This document shows, in pieces, positions 25,501 through 40,500 of a stretch of 64,000 nt of DNA. The notes under the pieces were generated by a model. It searched no databases, was not told the DNA's origin, and was given only the letters and a program-made list of their open reading frames with translations. How positions within the stretch are numbered: the first letter of the stretch is position 1; every line of letters starts with the position of its first letter. Source of the stretch: Vicugna vicugna (Eukaryota); contig MU058045.1 of NCBI GenBank assembly GCA_013265495.1, positions 531,986 through 595,985 on the forward strand, read 5' to 3'. The translations under genes were made by a program, and so were the position numbers.

Positions 25501-28500
25501 ATCATGGACCGGATGAACAAGGACCCCAATGCTCTCCGGAGCACCCACTATCCAGGTTTGAGCTCCATGGCCTCTTGCCTTGACATAACCTCAGTTGCTG
25601 TTACATGTGTATGAAGTCGTGGCCACGTGCTTCATTTACTGATAGACTGACTATAGTACCTGGCTGTCATACCATCACCATCTCCTCTTCTAAGCATTAA
25701 ATAGCAGTGCAGTAAATTAAATTCAGCAGATATTTGAGTGGAGTACGATAGAATGGTTAAGAGAATGGGATATGGAGTCAGACAGACTTGAGTTCAAAAT
25801 CTGACTCATGCCTTCCTGACTGTGTGCTCTCGGGCGGCTTGCTTCCCCCATTCTGCAGTTTCCTCCCCTCTAGGACGTGTGTGTGGTTATGGTAGCTCTT
25901 TCTCAGGGTTTCTGTAAGGATAATAAAGGAGGATGTAGCACTCAGGTCAGTGTCTGACATGAAGTCAGTGCTCAGTTACTAGCACTGTGACTCAGGAGAC
26001 CATGATGGGGGAGTCCCTCTTCTTCTCTAACTGGTTCATTCAATGCAATCGTGCAGATAAATGAGATAACGAAAATAAAGCACTTACCACATTAAACAAC
26101 ACAGAGAACACCCTTGGTTACTAGGAGCTATTGTTATTACTTTGACTTTAATTGCTGTATCAGATTAACTAGTCTTTATTGTAGATGCTGGTCAGCTTGG
26201 GTATGGGGTGAGAGACAGCATCGTGAGGCCTGGTTAATGGTGGCAGATCGCAGTAAAGAATCAGGAAGTCAAAAAAAAAAAAAAGAGAGAATCAGGAAGT
26301 CAGGTTTGGCAATGGGCACCTGGAGTGGGTATCATGACAAGAGTTCTGGCAGTGGGTACGAGGACTGGCCCAGGGCCAATCTAACAGTTCTTCATTTTCC
26401 CAAGAACCTTGAGTATACACATCAGAAAATCATGATTTATCAATTATTCTGATAAAATATAACTATTAGGATATGGAAAAATGAGTGACAACCTGCATTT
26501 TTTAGAAATAACAGTTGAGGTAATTGACATAATTCCATTTTAGAACAACCTACAAGCAGAGTCATAAAAACAACTAGCTCTTTGTTCAGCACACTGAGCA
26601 AGTCTGTGTCATCCACTGCTACCGGGGCTCCCTGTGGTCTCCAGGGGCCACTCAGGTGGTCCCTCAAAGATTCTAACAGCCTGCAGACTCCATGCTTGAA
26701 GGCCTGAGGGTCACTTCAGACTTTAGGGCATCCATACTTTGGTCAGAAAGCTAGAAACTGGGGAGACAAAGGAGATAAACCAATCAAAATCTAATGCTGG
26801 AAAGAAACGTTATCGAGAACCTACAAATGTGAGCACATTTTATATCTTGAGTTGTTCTTTGAGGTGGATCTTATTACTATTTTACAAAGCGGTAAAAGCT
26901 CCCTGAGGTTAACTGACAGGCTAATAGGCGAAGAGCTGCAATTTGAACGGCCATCATCTGCCTCCCAGTCCAGTGCTCTTTTCACTGTGTCGTGAGGGAC
27001 ACCACAACCCCAGTGGTTGCAGACCTCCCTCATTGTGTGCCTCTGATGTGTATTTAAATCTAATGATTTCACTTGTTGAACTGTTAGGTGCAGAACAATC
27101 TCTAATTTTCAGGGATGAACAGTGGAGCCCCAGTTCTTTGGTGGAAAGGAACTATTGTTTCAAAGACTGATGGGAGATGTAGCTATACTAATGGAATCAT
27201 ATATGATGTATGTAATTAATACGTAACACATAATATGTACAATAGTATATAGTACTATTATACTTAATAATGAATTAATGAGGAGAATGGGAAAACATCA
27301 TAGAGTGACTGGGGACACTTCTCTGCTTCCAAAAACCGTATGGCAGCCTGTACCCCGGCATTTAAGAGCAGACAAAGTGGCTATAGTTGGAGGCTCCAGA
27401 TCTACTCACGGCAATGGTAAAGGGGCCTCCAAATGTCACTCACTGTTCGTCTTCCCAGGCCTCCTGGACACACTGATAGAAATGAACACAATCCTGGAAG
27501 ACATCCAGAAATCTCTGGATATGTATTTAGAGACCAAGCGCCATATTTTCCCCCGCTTCTACTTCTTGTCCAACGATGACCTCCTGGAGATTCTGGGCCA
27601 GTCCCGCAACCCAGAGGCTGTGCAGCCTCACCTCAAAAAATGCTTCGACAACATCAAATTGCTGAGAATGCAGAAGGTCTATTAGGGTTGCGGGGATGGG
27701 AGGGAGGGCCCTGGAGGGGTGGTGACGTCAAGGTATTCAAGGCCTTGGGGCGGGGCGGGTGGGGGTACCATGCCCCCCAACAGGAGGGGGATGGTAATGA
27801 TTCTGGATTATCTGGGACAGAACTTTTAGAATTGATAATGTAGAGGGGAGGGGGAGGAGCAGAAATCACCCTCAAAGGCCTCAAGCACCTTCAATGCGGC
27901 TACGGGGGAGTGGGCAGGCCAGGTCATCAACAGCTTCCTGTGTCTGCAGGTCGGGGGACCCAGCAGCAAATGGGAAGCGGTGGGAATGTTCTCAGGTGAC
28001 GGCGAGTATGTCGATTTCCTCCACGTGGTGCTTCTAGAAGGGCCTGTGGAGGTGAGTTGTGGCGAGGGTCTAAGAAGCAAGCTGATTCTTCTAAGTTTGC
28101 CTGGCTCTGTGAGGAGAGAACATCTCTGAAGGGCCATGAATCACTTTTTGCCCTTCCACCTGTCATTCCTAAACTCTAGCCTCTACTCTGAACCTGGAAG
28201 TCAGGCAATCTGTCCCCCCAGTCTCCATTTCCCCCAGGGACACAAGCCAGCAGCTGCCCAGCTCCTGCCTCTCTCCGGGGCCCGAAGCCCTGGAGTCCTG
28301 TGTCCTAAGCACCTTCCCCCCGGGGACTCCTGCCTGCTGGCCCGAGGCCGAGCCATCCTGTTCTCTCACCTCCCCTCAGTCCTGGCTTAGCGATGTGGAG
28401 CGGACCATGAGGGTGACCCTCCGGGACCTTCTCCGGAACTGCCGCCTGGCCCTCAAGAAGTTTCTTAACAAGAGGGACAAGTGGGTGAAGGAGTGGGCTG

Positions 28501-31500
28501 GCCAGGTGAGCCGGGGTCAGCGGAAGTGCAGGAACAAGATGGGTAGAAAGGGAGTAGCCAACGTAAAGACAGAATCTTGAGTCACACGAAACACAGGTTT
28601 CTTGACCCCTGCTCTGGCCTGTGGCCCTGGGACCCTGTGTGCTGGACCCTGAGCTCCTGACCTTAGGCTTGTCCCTGTAACTTCAGAGCAGATTAGACGT
28701 ATTGAGGGAGGAGGAGCACCTGGTCCAGGAAGAAGCTGGGATCCGGGTGCTGGGCTGGGCGGGTGGCCAGGGACAGGGCTTTGGAATGCAGCCTCCACCC
28801 ATGCCCCAGATGGTGATCACTGCCAGTCAGATCCAGTGGACGGCTGATGTCACCAAGTGCCTGCTGACAGCTAAGGAACAGGGAGACAAGAAAATCCTCA
28901 AAGTCATGAAGAAGAAGCAGGTGGGGAACTCTGCAAGAATTTAGAGTTGGAGGGAGGAAGGAGATAAATTGGAGTCAGAATTAGAGATGAACTAGTGGAA
29001 ATGGGTCAGAATGAGGGTGCTTTCTGGCAAGCGTCCAGGGAGGAAAGGTTGGAGGGATCAGAAGTGCATTTCCCCGTGCTGACTTTGGGGGTCAGGGGCT
29101 GCAGTGGGGGTGGGGTCAGCATCGGTGGGTGGGAGGGGAAGGAGGCTGGGACGGGGCATGATTAGGGTTTGGTAGCATTGCTTGGTCCACCTTCTCCTCT
29201 GACACCTCATTCCACAGGTGTCAATACTGAATAAGTACTCAGAAGCTATCAGGGGGAACTTGACCAAGATCACGCGCCTTAAAATTGTGGCTCTGGTGAC
29301 GATAGAAATTCACGCCCGGGACGTGTTGGAGAAGCTTTATAAGAGTGGCCTCATGGATGTCAATTCCTTCGACTGGCTCAGCCAATTGCGCTTCTACTGG
29401 GAGAAGGTGCGGTTGGGCCAGTGTTCCATTCTCATGCCTTAACCCGGATCCTAGTGCTTCACTTCAATTCCTGCTCTCCAGATACAGTGATATCCTAACC
29501 CAAACCTTAGTCCCATCACAGCACCCTGGTCCGACTCTTAGCTCTCTCGAATCTGCCGAATCAGGTGTGGCAAATCACTTTTCCAGAGAGTGCCCACTCT
29601 GGGTGTCACCTGATTGGGACCCAGGAAGACTTCGGACAGCTGCTGCACTGGACTGGGGTGGACATGTGCTGCGTGACACCCGGTCTCCATCTTGGCCATA
29701 AACCCGTTCTCCCTTCTAACTCTAAACTGAGTCCCCAGTCTTCTAACTGCAACCTCCCTGCCACCTCCAGCCTTCCTCTCAGCCATTGCTGCAGCTCCGA
29801 CTCCTCCTCCAGGCCCACCTCTCTCTTACTCTGCCCTGTTTCTCCAGGATCTCGATGACTGTATGATCCGCCAGACCAACACACAATTCCAGTATGGTTA
29901 CGAGTATTTGGGTAACTCTGGCCGGCTTGTCATCACTCCCCTGACAGACAGGTTGGCTGCGATGGTGGGGAGGTTAAACGGGGTGCTTGGGGTAGGGCAG
30001 CAAATGCCGGGCGAAGGCTTCCAGGAGTCCAGCTTGAGTCCTGCCTCCAATCCCCAGGTGTTACATGACGCTGACCACGGCATTGCACCTGCATCGAGGT
30101 GGATCCCCCAAAGGTCCTGCAGGCACGGGAAAGACCGAGACCGTCAAGGACCTGGGCAAGGCCCTTGGCCTGTATGTCATCGTGGTCAATTGCTCTGAAG
30201 GCCTGGACTATAAGTCCATGGGCCGGATGTACTCAGGCCTGGCCCAGGTCAGTATTCTGCCAGCCCATCCCCGAGGCCCCTGAAGTATCTTTCAGTTCCA
30301 GAAAATCAGCTGAAACCCAGATCTGGTTCAGTGCTTTGTAACTGACAAAACTGCATCACCACAGTTAGTTCTTACAACTAGGGAAGTCCCTGCACCTCCC
30401 TGAGCTTCACTTGGTGTATTACAAAACCAGAAGATGATGTAAGGATCAAATAAGAGGATGCACGTAAACCTGTGCACACCATAGGCCCTCAGCACTCACA
30501 AGCTCCCTACTCCAGTCTCTTTCCAACTCGCACCTTTTCTGGCAATCCCTGAGATCCTCCTTCCGGTCTGATGGGAAGTTCTAGCCAGAAACTGCAACGG
30601 CGCTACACAGCCCCCTCCACTCCCCCAACCGACACACACACATTTTGGAGGCTGCTGTTCCTCTGCAGATATTTCAGGGAGGATGTGTTAGTCACAGATT
30701 CTAGTTTCTCCCAGTCTGGGGATACTTTTCTTGCTCCCAGCAACTCTGCCTCCCACCCCACAGACAGGCGCCTGGGGCTGCTTTGATGAGTTTAACCGCA
30801 TCAACATTGAGGTGCTGTCGGTAGTGGCCCAGCAGATCCTGTCCATCCTCTCCGCCCTGGCTGCCGGCCTCACCCACTTTTATTTTGAGGGCTTTGAAAT
30901 AAACCTGGTGTGGTCCTGTGGGATCTTCATCACCATGAATCCTGGTAAGGGCCTGGGGGTAGAGGGGGTTCCCAGTGGGGAGAACTGAGTGTCCAGGGCA
31001 AATAACTGTTCATCCTCCCCTCCCCTCTTCCAGAACAGTGTATTTAGCCAAGTGAAATGTGGCTAAAGACAATAAAGTGTAAGAGAAAGATAAACAGATG
31101 ACTTTTGGGGAGAAGGGGAGGCAGGCTTACTGTTCTCCCTGAGGGGATTAATACTCGCTTATGTGCGTATACATGGCCCTAGACTTTCAAGGTACTTAGA
31201 GCCATCTTCTTTCTTTGGACTGGCTCCCAGAGTTCTGGCCTCTCTGCCATCCCTTTCGCAGAACAAGAGAATCTCACCAGTGTGCAAGGCCTAGGGTCTC
31301 TCGTGACCATTGCCTAAGAGCAGCTCTGGAGGAAAGATCAAGAAGAAAACAGGAAAGGGTTTCAATATTGAAAGCCTCAGAGAAACAAGTGTGATTTCTA
31401 TTAGGAAATACATGGAACTTGGAGAGATGGGCCTTTAACGGCTCTGGGATTTGAGTCTGAATCAGGGCCAGGCAGAAAGTAGGAAAGAAGAGCAAAGTGG

Positions 31501-34500
31501 TTGGTAGGGGAAGAGCCAGGGCCGAGGTGAGAAGGGAAGAGATCTTGGAGTTGGAGCTGGGGAGAGAGATAGGGATGGAGCTAGGGATGGGGTAGTTGGT
31601 TGGGAAGTGTGTCTTTGGGAAGCAGTATAGATTCTGAACTAATGGCGCTGTTTTCCAGGCTATGCTGGCCGCACAGAGCTTCCTGATAATCTTAAATCCA
31701 TGTTCCGTCCAATTGCCATGGTGGTGCCTGATTCTACTCTTATTGCAGAAATCATTCTCTTTGGGGAAGGCTTTGGTAACTGCAAGGTATTCTGATAATC
31801 TCTGGTCTCCAATTACTTTATTTCCCTTCCATGATTATTCTCTAGACTGAGGAACCCCCTGGAGGCCCCATAATCAGCTTATCCTACAAGGAATGTAGAT
31901 GACTATCAGTAGGATATGAAGGCAGAAGGATCCAGAGGAGGGAGGTCTCTGCTCTATGATGTCACTAGTCCTTGCTGGCATGATCCCCAAGACCTTCTCG
32001 TTAGGGTTGTTCATAGAGCACTGCCCAGCTGCTCCAAGTCCCAGGACCTAGCTTCTTGCATCTGTAACTGTCCCTAGATGAAGCAGAGGGATTCATGGGG
32101 AGATGGATTGTTTCCTTCTCTGTTTGTCCTCCAGATTCTGGCCAAGAAGGTGTACACACTGTACTCGCTGGCCGTGCAGCAGCTTTCCAGACAGGACCAT
32201 TATGACTTTGGCCTACGTGCCCTCACCTCCCTCCTGCGCTACGCTGGCAAGAAGCGCCGCCTGCAGCCGGATCTGTCTGATGAAGAGGTGGATGGAGGAC
32301 ATGGCCCTTGGGTCCTAACCTCCATTGTCCCTGGTCATATGCGCCACCACTGAAGTTTGTCAGATCCTTACTTTCGCTAGATTAGGACCCCTACCATTCT
32401 GCCCATCACTGCATTTGCTAAGCTCCTCATGTCGATTGCTAAAGACTAGCTCAGATGTTTCACTGTTCTTGGCTCCTGCCTCTTGCCCCTTCGGAGAGGA
32501 AGGGCCTTGTGTTCCTTTAGCCTGCCTCTCTGTGTCTTCCCATTCAGGTCCTCCTGCTCTCGATGAGAGATATGAACATTGCCAAGCTAACCTCCGCTGA
32601 CGTGCCACTGTTCAATGCCATCGTACAAGATCTGTTCCCCAGCATTGAGCTGCCTGTCATTGACTATGGCAAGGTATTTGTTCCTTAAGACTCTCCCTGA
32701 CCTCATCTGTGAATGTGGACCCGGGAACAGGACACCTGGCTTCCAGGCCTCGTTCTGCCATTCACCAGCTGTCACCCATAAGCAGTGTGACTTTGAGCCT
32801 GACAGCTGGCCTCTCTTTGGGCTTCCTTATCAATAAACTGATACAGACCTCTTCCAACATTGTACTTTCTCACCCAACTCACCCGCTCAACTGCCTCTCC
32901 TCATCAGTTCCAAGACTCCATTGAGATCATTGACGCGCTGGCCTTTCTCCTTTCATTCCTTTCCCTCTCCTGTCCCGACTTCTCTTCTCATTCAGGGAGC
33001 TTTGAGGAGAGACCGCTAGGTGTTTGACGTGAGAGAGCAGTGGAATGGAAGGGCCCAGAGGAGGAGAATTAGAAAGTATAGGAATTTTCTTCGCTGGCGG
33101 TATGTTAGTTCAGAAAGCCTGAATGATCCTTTCAATTGAAACCACGAAAATGTTGGCAAGGAAACTACTATCATTACTCCCACTTAACATGAGGAAACTG
33201 AGGCTCAGAGAAGGAGCTTGCTCAGGTTCACATAGCTGAAAGCTGGGGGCCCAGGCTGGCTGACTTTAGTGCCCAATCTCTTGACTCTGCAACTGGCCAG
33301 CTTCCTCAGGACTGAACACTGCCAGGGTGCAAAGGGCCCTGGTGCCAATTTTTTTCCTTTTTTCTTATTTACCTGGTGCCATTTTTAACAGTTTGAACAT
33401 TTTCCGCCCAGGCATCAGGGAGCTTTTGAAAGTTCTTCCTTTACAAGCCTCACCCTTTTGCTTCCACTTCCCGTATTTGCCCTTCTCTCAGCTGCGGGAG
33501 ACCATTGAGCAGGAGATTCGAGAGATGGGCCTGCAGACCACCCCGTTCACCCTCACCAAGGTTATCCAGCTGTATGAAACCAAGAACTCCCGCCACTCCA
33601 CCATGATCGTGGGCTGCACGGGCAGCGGCAAGACGGCCTCATGGCGAATTCTTCAGTCTTCCTTGTCCTCCCTGTGCCGTGCCGGAGACCCCAACTTCAA
33701 CATTGTCAGAGTATGGAATTGGGACAGTGAATCCACTGGCGGAGACTCGAGTAGCAGGAAGACAATGGAGGCTGGGGGAGGGAGGCATGGGTGTCAGGGA
33801 GGCAGAGCAGACCAGGAGTGGTGCCTGGGAGGAGATGAGCGAGACGGGACAAATACCTGGAAACAAAGGGAGATCTTGGGATTTGTGTCTGCCAGCTGCT
33901 CAAAAGCCCCTTCCCATGTCTATTTTAGGAGTTCCCTTTGAACCCTAAGGCATTGTCCCTAGGGGAGCTGTATGGGGAATATGACCTCAACACTAACGAA
34001 TGGACAGATGGCATCCTGTCCAGTGTCATGCGGACAGCATGTGCAGGTACCCAAAGGATCATGGGGCGGGGAGAGGAGAGGCCTAAAGCATCTAAGGGAG
34101 TAGGCAGTCTGGGATAGAAAGCAAAATTTTGGGGTAAAAATGCTTGAGGAATGCTGAGATACAAGGACACAACTGCTTGCATCTCCAGGGAGATGAGTGT
34201 GGAGGGAGGGCTTGGTGAGAATGCTCTGGTTTCCTTACCATCCACCTTCTACCAAGACGAGAAACCGGATGAGAAGTGGATCCTTTTCGATGGCCCTGTG
34301 GACACTCTGTGGATTGAGAGCATGAACTCCGTCATGGACGACAACAAAGTGCTGACCCTCATCAATGGAGAGCGCATCGCAATGCCTGAGCAGGTGTGGG
34401 GCCGGGGTGGGGCTGCTGGGAAGAGCAAGGAAATCCTCAGAGGAGAGGAGGTTCTAGAGGAGGTCCTAGAACGCTGAGGAGGGGGATGCCTGGATTCAGG

Positions 34501-37500
34501 ACAACCTGTGACTAGAGAAGAAATGCCTGTCTACCATGGATAGTGAGAACAAATGTATAGAAAAGAATTGTTCCCAGGATGCACTGTGTGGACTGAGGCA
34601 GCCTCATTGCCACTGACATATGAGGGATGCCCTTCACTTGTGCACCTGGCGTTACAATTCACGGGCTGTGAAGCCCACTCTTTTCTACTTGCTCAAACAA
34701 TGCAAGCAAGAGAGTGATTGTTCATAAGGATGACCTGGAATAAGCTCTAGTTTCTTTTAATGAGCAAATCATTTGTAAAGCTGAGGTCTTTATTCATCCT
34801 GCAACACATGGTACTCAGTAGACACTTGGGGGCATGAGAATTCTGGGTGTTTTTGTTATTGAGGGAAAGACAAGATTCTGACCAAATGTATCCTTAGGTG
34901 TCTCTCCTGTTCGAAGTGGAGAACTTGGCAGTGGCCTCTCCAGCCACCGTGTCTCGCTGCGGGATGGTGTACACTGACTACACTGACCTCGGCTGGAAGC
35001 CCTATGTTCAGTCGTGGCTGGAGAAGAGGCCAAAGGTGTGAAGAGGATGGAGGAGAGGAAAGTAACCCGTGGGGCTTGGCAGACACAAGGCTAATACGGG
35101 GCCCTTGCTTGTTCAACTATAGGTGGAGGTAGAGCCCCTTCAACGCATGTTTGAAAAGCTCATCAACAAGATGCTGACCTTCAAGAAGGACAACTGCAGC
35201 GAGCTGGTGCCCGTCCCGGAATACAGTGGCATCATCTCGCTCTGCAAGCTGTACTCGGCCCTGGCCACGCCAGAGAACGGGGTGAGCAGGGACCAGGGCG
35301 GGATGGGCTCGTGAGTTCCCGGGACAACTTCAGGGAAACTGTCTGAGACGGAGTTGGAACATGAGGCTTGAGTGGAGCGGAGACGCCAAGGGGAGGCCTC
35401 ACCCGCCAGCACCACCGAGGCAGTGAGGCACGAGCATATTCGTGCGCATGCGCGATGGGAGGCCAAAGTGGGGGCTCTACGTCAGATACAGCGCACGGTG
35501 GGTCTCCCTATCCTTTCCTACCCAAACCTGGGAGCTAAGGATAGTTCGTTTGGTTCCTAATTTCTTCATCCTTTCAAAAATTAAATATTAAGTCTTGTGA
35601 GGCCTTAGGATGCTGTTTCTGGTGGAAGGAGCTCCCAAGCTAATCTGATGAAGCATTTTAGAAATTTTCAGATTAACTGATATTTAAGAAAATTTTTGTG
35701 TAGTTTAGAATTACAGTGTAAGGAACAGGCTTAAATACTTTTCTCTTGAGATTAAATCACTGCCTGGAGATGGTTCATATTGCTGGGTTTTTTTTAATCA
35801 TTCTTATTTTACTTTATTTTAAAAACTTAACTATAGTAGATTTTCAATATTTTGTTAGTTTCATGTGTACAACTTCAGATTGTTTCCCATCATAGGTTAG
35901 AACAAGATATTGAATATAGTTACCTGTGGCTCATATTGTTTTAAAGGACATTGCCAGATAACTAAGGTATTAATGTTAAGTTATATAATAATTAAGGTCT
36001 TTAACAGTATGTGTCATTCCTGGTATGGTTAATATAAATTCAAACTGTGCAGGTGAATTTTCAAGGTGACTTATGGGAAAAGGACAGTAACACAGTGTCA
36101 GTGGCACCTGAGTGCTGAGGATTGGCCAGGTAGGGGAAAGAACACTGGTGAACAAAGAGAGGAGGGCATCCTACGTAAAGAGAACAGCTTTTGCAAAAAC
36201 ACAGAGACACAGGCATCAGTCCTGGCCAGGCAGGGTGGGGTGAAGGGTGGTTTTTAATGTGCAGTCTCTCTTTGGTGTAGCAGAGACCCCGAGAAGAGGA
36301 TGGTGAAAAGTGCTGTGTGTTGGGGTGAGCTGGAAGAAGACTAAGGATTTCATATTCAGTACAGTAGATTCAGTATGGTAGAGTCTCCATACAATGTCCC
36401 AACCATGTCTTTCTAACTCAGTAGAGAAGAAACTCAGGGAGACTGCTAGGCTACAGGAGATTTCAGGTTTATCTAAACGTTTTGATTTAGGTTTATCGAC
36501 AACCATATGGTTTTCCAAACAGAACCAGGAAGAGAGGGAACCTCTAAACCTTTGTGATGAGCTGCCAAAATAGATCCCTCCATCTCTTACAGATTTAGAG
36601 TATTTCCCCTTCTCATTTTCCACCCAGGTGAACCCAGCTGATGGTGAGAACTTTGTGTCCATGGTAGAGCTGACATTTGTGTTCAGCATGATCTGGTCTA
36701 TGTGTGCCTCTGTGGATGAAGAGGGCCGCAAGAAAATCGACAGTTACCTCCGGGAGATTGAGGGCTCTTTCCCCAACAAGGTCAGGGCCCCCAAACCCAG
36801 CTGTCCTATTTTTCTGTTTTTCCAGAACCCACCTGTATCCCTGGTCCTTAGGCTCTTCTTGACCTTCAGCCTGCTGCCCACCTCTCTTTCTTCCACCCAG
36901 TGGTCTGCAAGTGCTTTTTCTGGGCAAGGGAAAGCCGAAGGATGGCTTTGGTAACCCAACACACATTCCCTCTGCAGGACACGGTGTATGAGTATTTTGT
37001 GGACCCCAAGATTCGGAGTTGGACATCATTTGAGGATAAGCTCCCTAAGAGTTGGCGCTACCCTCCGAAGTGAGAGCTGGGCCTTGTTGGGGGCTGGGGT
37101 GGGTGGATTGGGCTTGGGGGCTACAGTTGGTGGGAGATGTGATAAGAGAGCAGGGGGCACAAAAGTGGGCTGTAGAAAGAGAGAGTGGATCCCAGGGCAG
37201 AAATGACTTTGGGGTACAGGAAACAGGACAGGGTAGAGGAAATGGGACAGGGTCCTTAAGGAGAATGCCCAACCCCCAGGCCCCACAGGAGGCAGGGTCG
37301 GTGATTAGAGAATGGTGATGTGGGAGGGAGATAAACACTGAGGGTCAGAATGAAGCAGGAGTTAGAAAGGAGTGGGCCGTGACCTTGAGACACAGTCCCT
37401 TTTCCTCCCCAGCTCCCCCTTCTATAAGATCATGGTGCCCACTGTCGACACTGTCCGCTACAACTACCTGGTGAGCGCCTTGGTGGCCAACCAGAACCCC

Positions 37501-40500
37501 GTCCTGCTGGTGGGTCCCGTGGGGACTGGAAAGACCTCCATTGCCCAGAGTGTCCTGCAGTCTTTGCCCTCCAGCCAGTGGTCTGTGCTCACCGTCAACA
37601 TGTCTGCGCAGGTGTGTGGCAGGACCCGGGGGCCAGGCCACCAGCTCCCTGCTCTCAACCTGCCTCTGCTCTCCCTGGGGATCCAAGTGCCTGACCTTGT
37701 ATTTTTTTGGGGGGGGGACCCAAACATTCATTCTGTACCTTTTCCACCAGACCACATCCAATAATGTGCAGAGCATCATTGAGAGCAGGGTGGAGAAGCG
37801 AACCAAGGGCGTCTATGTGCCATTTGGGGGCAAAAGCATGATCACTTTTATGGATGACCTAAATATGCCAGCTAAGGACATGTTTGGGTCCCAGCCACCC
37901 CTGGAGCTGATTCGCCTCTGGATTGACTATGGCTTCTGGTATGATCGAACAAAGCAGACCATCAAGTACATTCGAGTAAGCATCCTGAGAATTTGTTCTT
38001 CAGGCCTCTGTTCCCTTTGATGATAGGTTCAGTCCCTGACCCTGCTGGGACCCCAGGAGCCCCAGCATAAAAGCCTACAATCCTGTATACCTCTCCACAC
38101 AAACATCTGGCTCCCGAGTTATCAGTTCCTATTAGTAACTCTCCTCATTGACTCTGCCCTGGGCTTTGTGACCAAAGGAGTCTGTCCTCCAACTTCCACT
38201 CATTTTCCAGGCCTCTTACACCTCACTCAGATGGCAATGCTGATGCCAGCCGGAACTGTCCATAACTCCCTCTCCAGGCCTCCCATTGTTTCAGACACCA
38301 CCTCCAAGTATCAGTTCTCTGCTCCACATCCAGCATCCAGGCATCTCCCTTCAGTCCTGGCTTTTCCCCATGGGATTCTGAGTGTCTTGTCTGTTTCTTT
38401 TTCCTGAATCAATGGGCAGACATTCCAACCTGATTTCTGGGGCACCCATCTATCTGGCACTCAGGGTCAAAAACTCACCTAATAATATATTCATGTTTCT
38501 GGGAAAGAACACACATGTATACACAGACACATGTATGTATGTATGTATGTACATAAGTAAATATTTTATAAATATTTATTGTATACAAATCTATTTATAT
38601 AAATAAATAAATTTATTTTAAAAATAGAAAAAAAGAAAGTCTGGAAGACATAATCAAAGGTTTTTTTGTTATTTATTTTACATTGTCTTTTGGGGGGTAA
38701 TTAGATTTATTTTTATTTATTCATTTTTTTTCAAACTGACGTACTGGGGATTGAACCCAGGACCTCATGCATGCTAAGCACACACTCTGCCACTGAGCTA
38801 TACCCTCCCACTGTTTTTTTAAACTTACCTTTATTTTCCAATTTGGGTAAGTGGATTATAACAATGAAATGAGAACAAATACATTACCTTAGTAATTCTA
38901 TAAAAATGTCCTGAATCTCTGCCTTCTGTTCACCTTTCCATGCCCCTCTTCCTGTTTGTCCCTCCATCTCCTCTCCCCCCCATCTCCTCTCACATCCTCC
39001 CTATTTCTGGGCCCCGTCTCTTCCCCACCTGTCTCTCTGCCCCATCTCACCTTTCTCTCTAGGACATGTTCCTGATGGCTGCCATGGGCCCTCCTGGGGG
39101 TGGACGGACCGTCATCTCCCCAAGGCTGCAGAGTCGCTTCAACATCATCAACATGACCTTCCCCACGGTGCGGGCATCCTGGGGGCTGGGAGCGGGCTGT
39201 TGTAGAAGGCAGAACCACCCGTGTCCCGGAGAGTGAGAGGAGAGGTCACAGAGGGGCTCAGGGGCCCATGGCCCCCAGGCAGAGTTGCATTCAGGGAGCT
39301 GCAATATATGGAGGGGAGCCGCTCTCTGCAGGAGCCTTTGCTCCTGCTGAACTTGGAGATCCACAGGATGCGAACTGGCAGGCGAGGCCTAACAGTCCCT
39401 GTGGGCAGACAGTGGGGCCCAGACAGACAAAGGAAGGTAGAGCCTCCAGAGCAGAGAGCTGGGAGCCGCCCAGGTGGGGGGAGGCGAGCAAGGCTCTCAC
39501 GGGTGCCAAAACCCCTCAGAAATCAAGATAAATAATATTTTAAGGCAATATTTTAAAAAATCAATGCCAAAACTTCGTAACGAATAAAACACCAAAATAT
39601 TAAGTAAGTACAAGGTCAGTATAGGGCCGTGCTGAACATATCAGAGCCGAGGCAGAAGGAAAGACCAACGACAAGGATTTGAAATGTTGGTTCATTGTGA
39701 ACAGTCTGCATCAATTTTGATTCTTAAGTATTGCACTAGAGCATTATTTCCCTTGATTTCTGAGGTTGTTTTGGAGCCCCCGTCCTCAATTCTGCCCCCA
39801 AGACGAGCGCTTTACTCCCCTAACCCTAGTCTCTGCCTTGGCTGAATGGCCAGGGGCCTGTGAAAAAGAGTCCAGGGCCTGTTCCTAGGAGTCCCAGATC
39901 ATCCGGATATTTGGTACCATGATCAATCAGAAACTTCAGGACTTTGAGGAAGAGGTGAAGCCTATTGGGAATGTGGTGACTGTGGCCACTTTGGACGTGT
40001 ACAACAGTGTGGTACAGCGCTTCCTGCCCACACCTGCCAAGATCCACTACCTCTTCAACCTTCGAGACATCTCCAAGGTGAAGCTCCAACTGACCTTGCC
40101 CCTTTGGCCCAGCACAGTCTCCTCGGAGGCATTCTCTTCTCCTCAAAGTCGGCCTTGGAGCTTGATAGCATCCCACACAGCCCAGATCACCTCCATCCTA
40201 GAATGCTGCTTTCTCTAAAACTTCTGGAGCACCTCTCTCCCCTCCTTCCATCCCACTAGCCGCGCCTCTTCCCCAGGTGTTCCAGGGCATGCTGAGGGCC
40301 AACAAGGACTTCCATGATACTAAGTCCAGCATCACACGACTCTGGATCCACGAGTGTTTCAGGTGAGGTGCCTGTGCCCCCCAGATCCAGGCCTCCCCAA
40401 GCCCAAGCCTCTCCCACCCTCCTCTGGCCATTCCCTTCCCTAGGGCCACTATCCTCTCCATTCCTGGATCTCACCCCAACTCCCTCCCAACAGAGTCTTC

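Noticed and set aside
27190..27280. AT-rich, partly palindromic patches (also 59880-59935 and 63670-63720)
   Set aside because: Low-complexity decayed (AT)n-type sequence with no specific structure.
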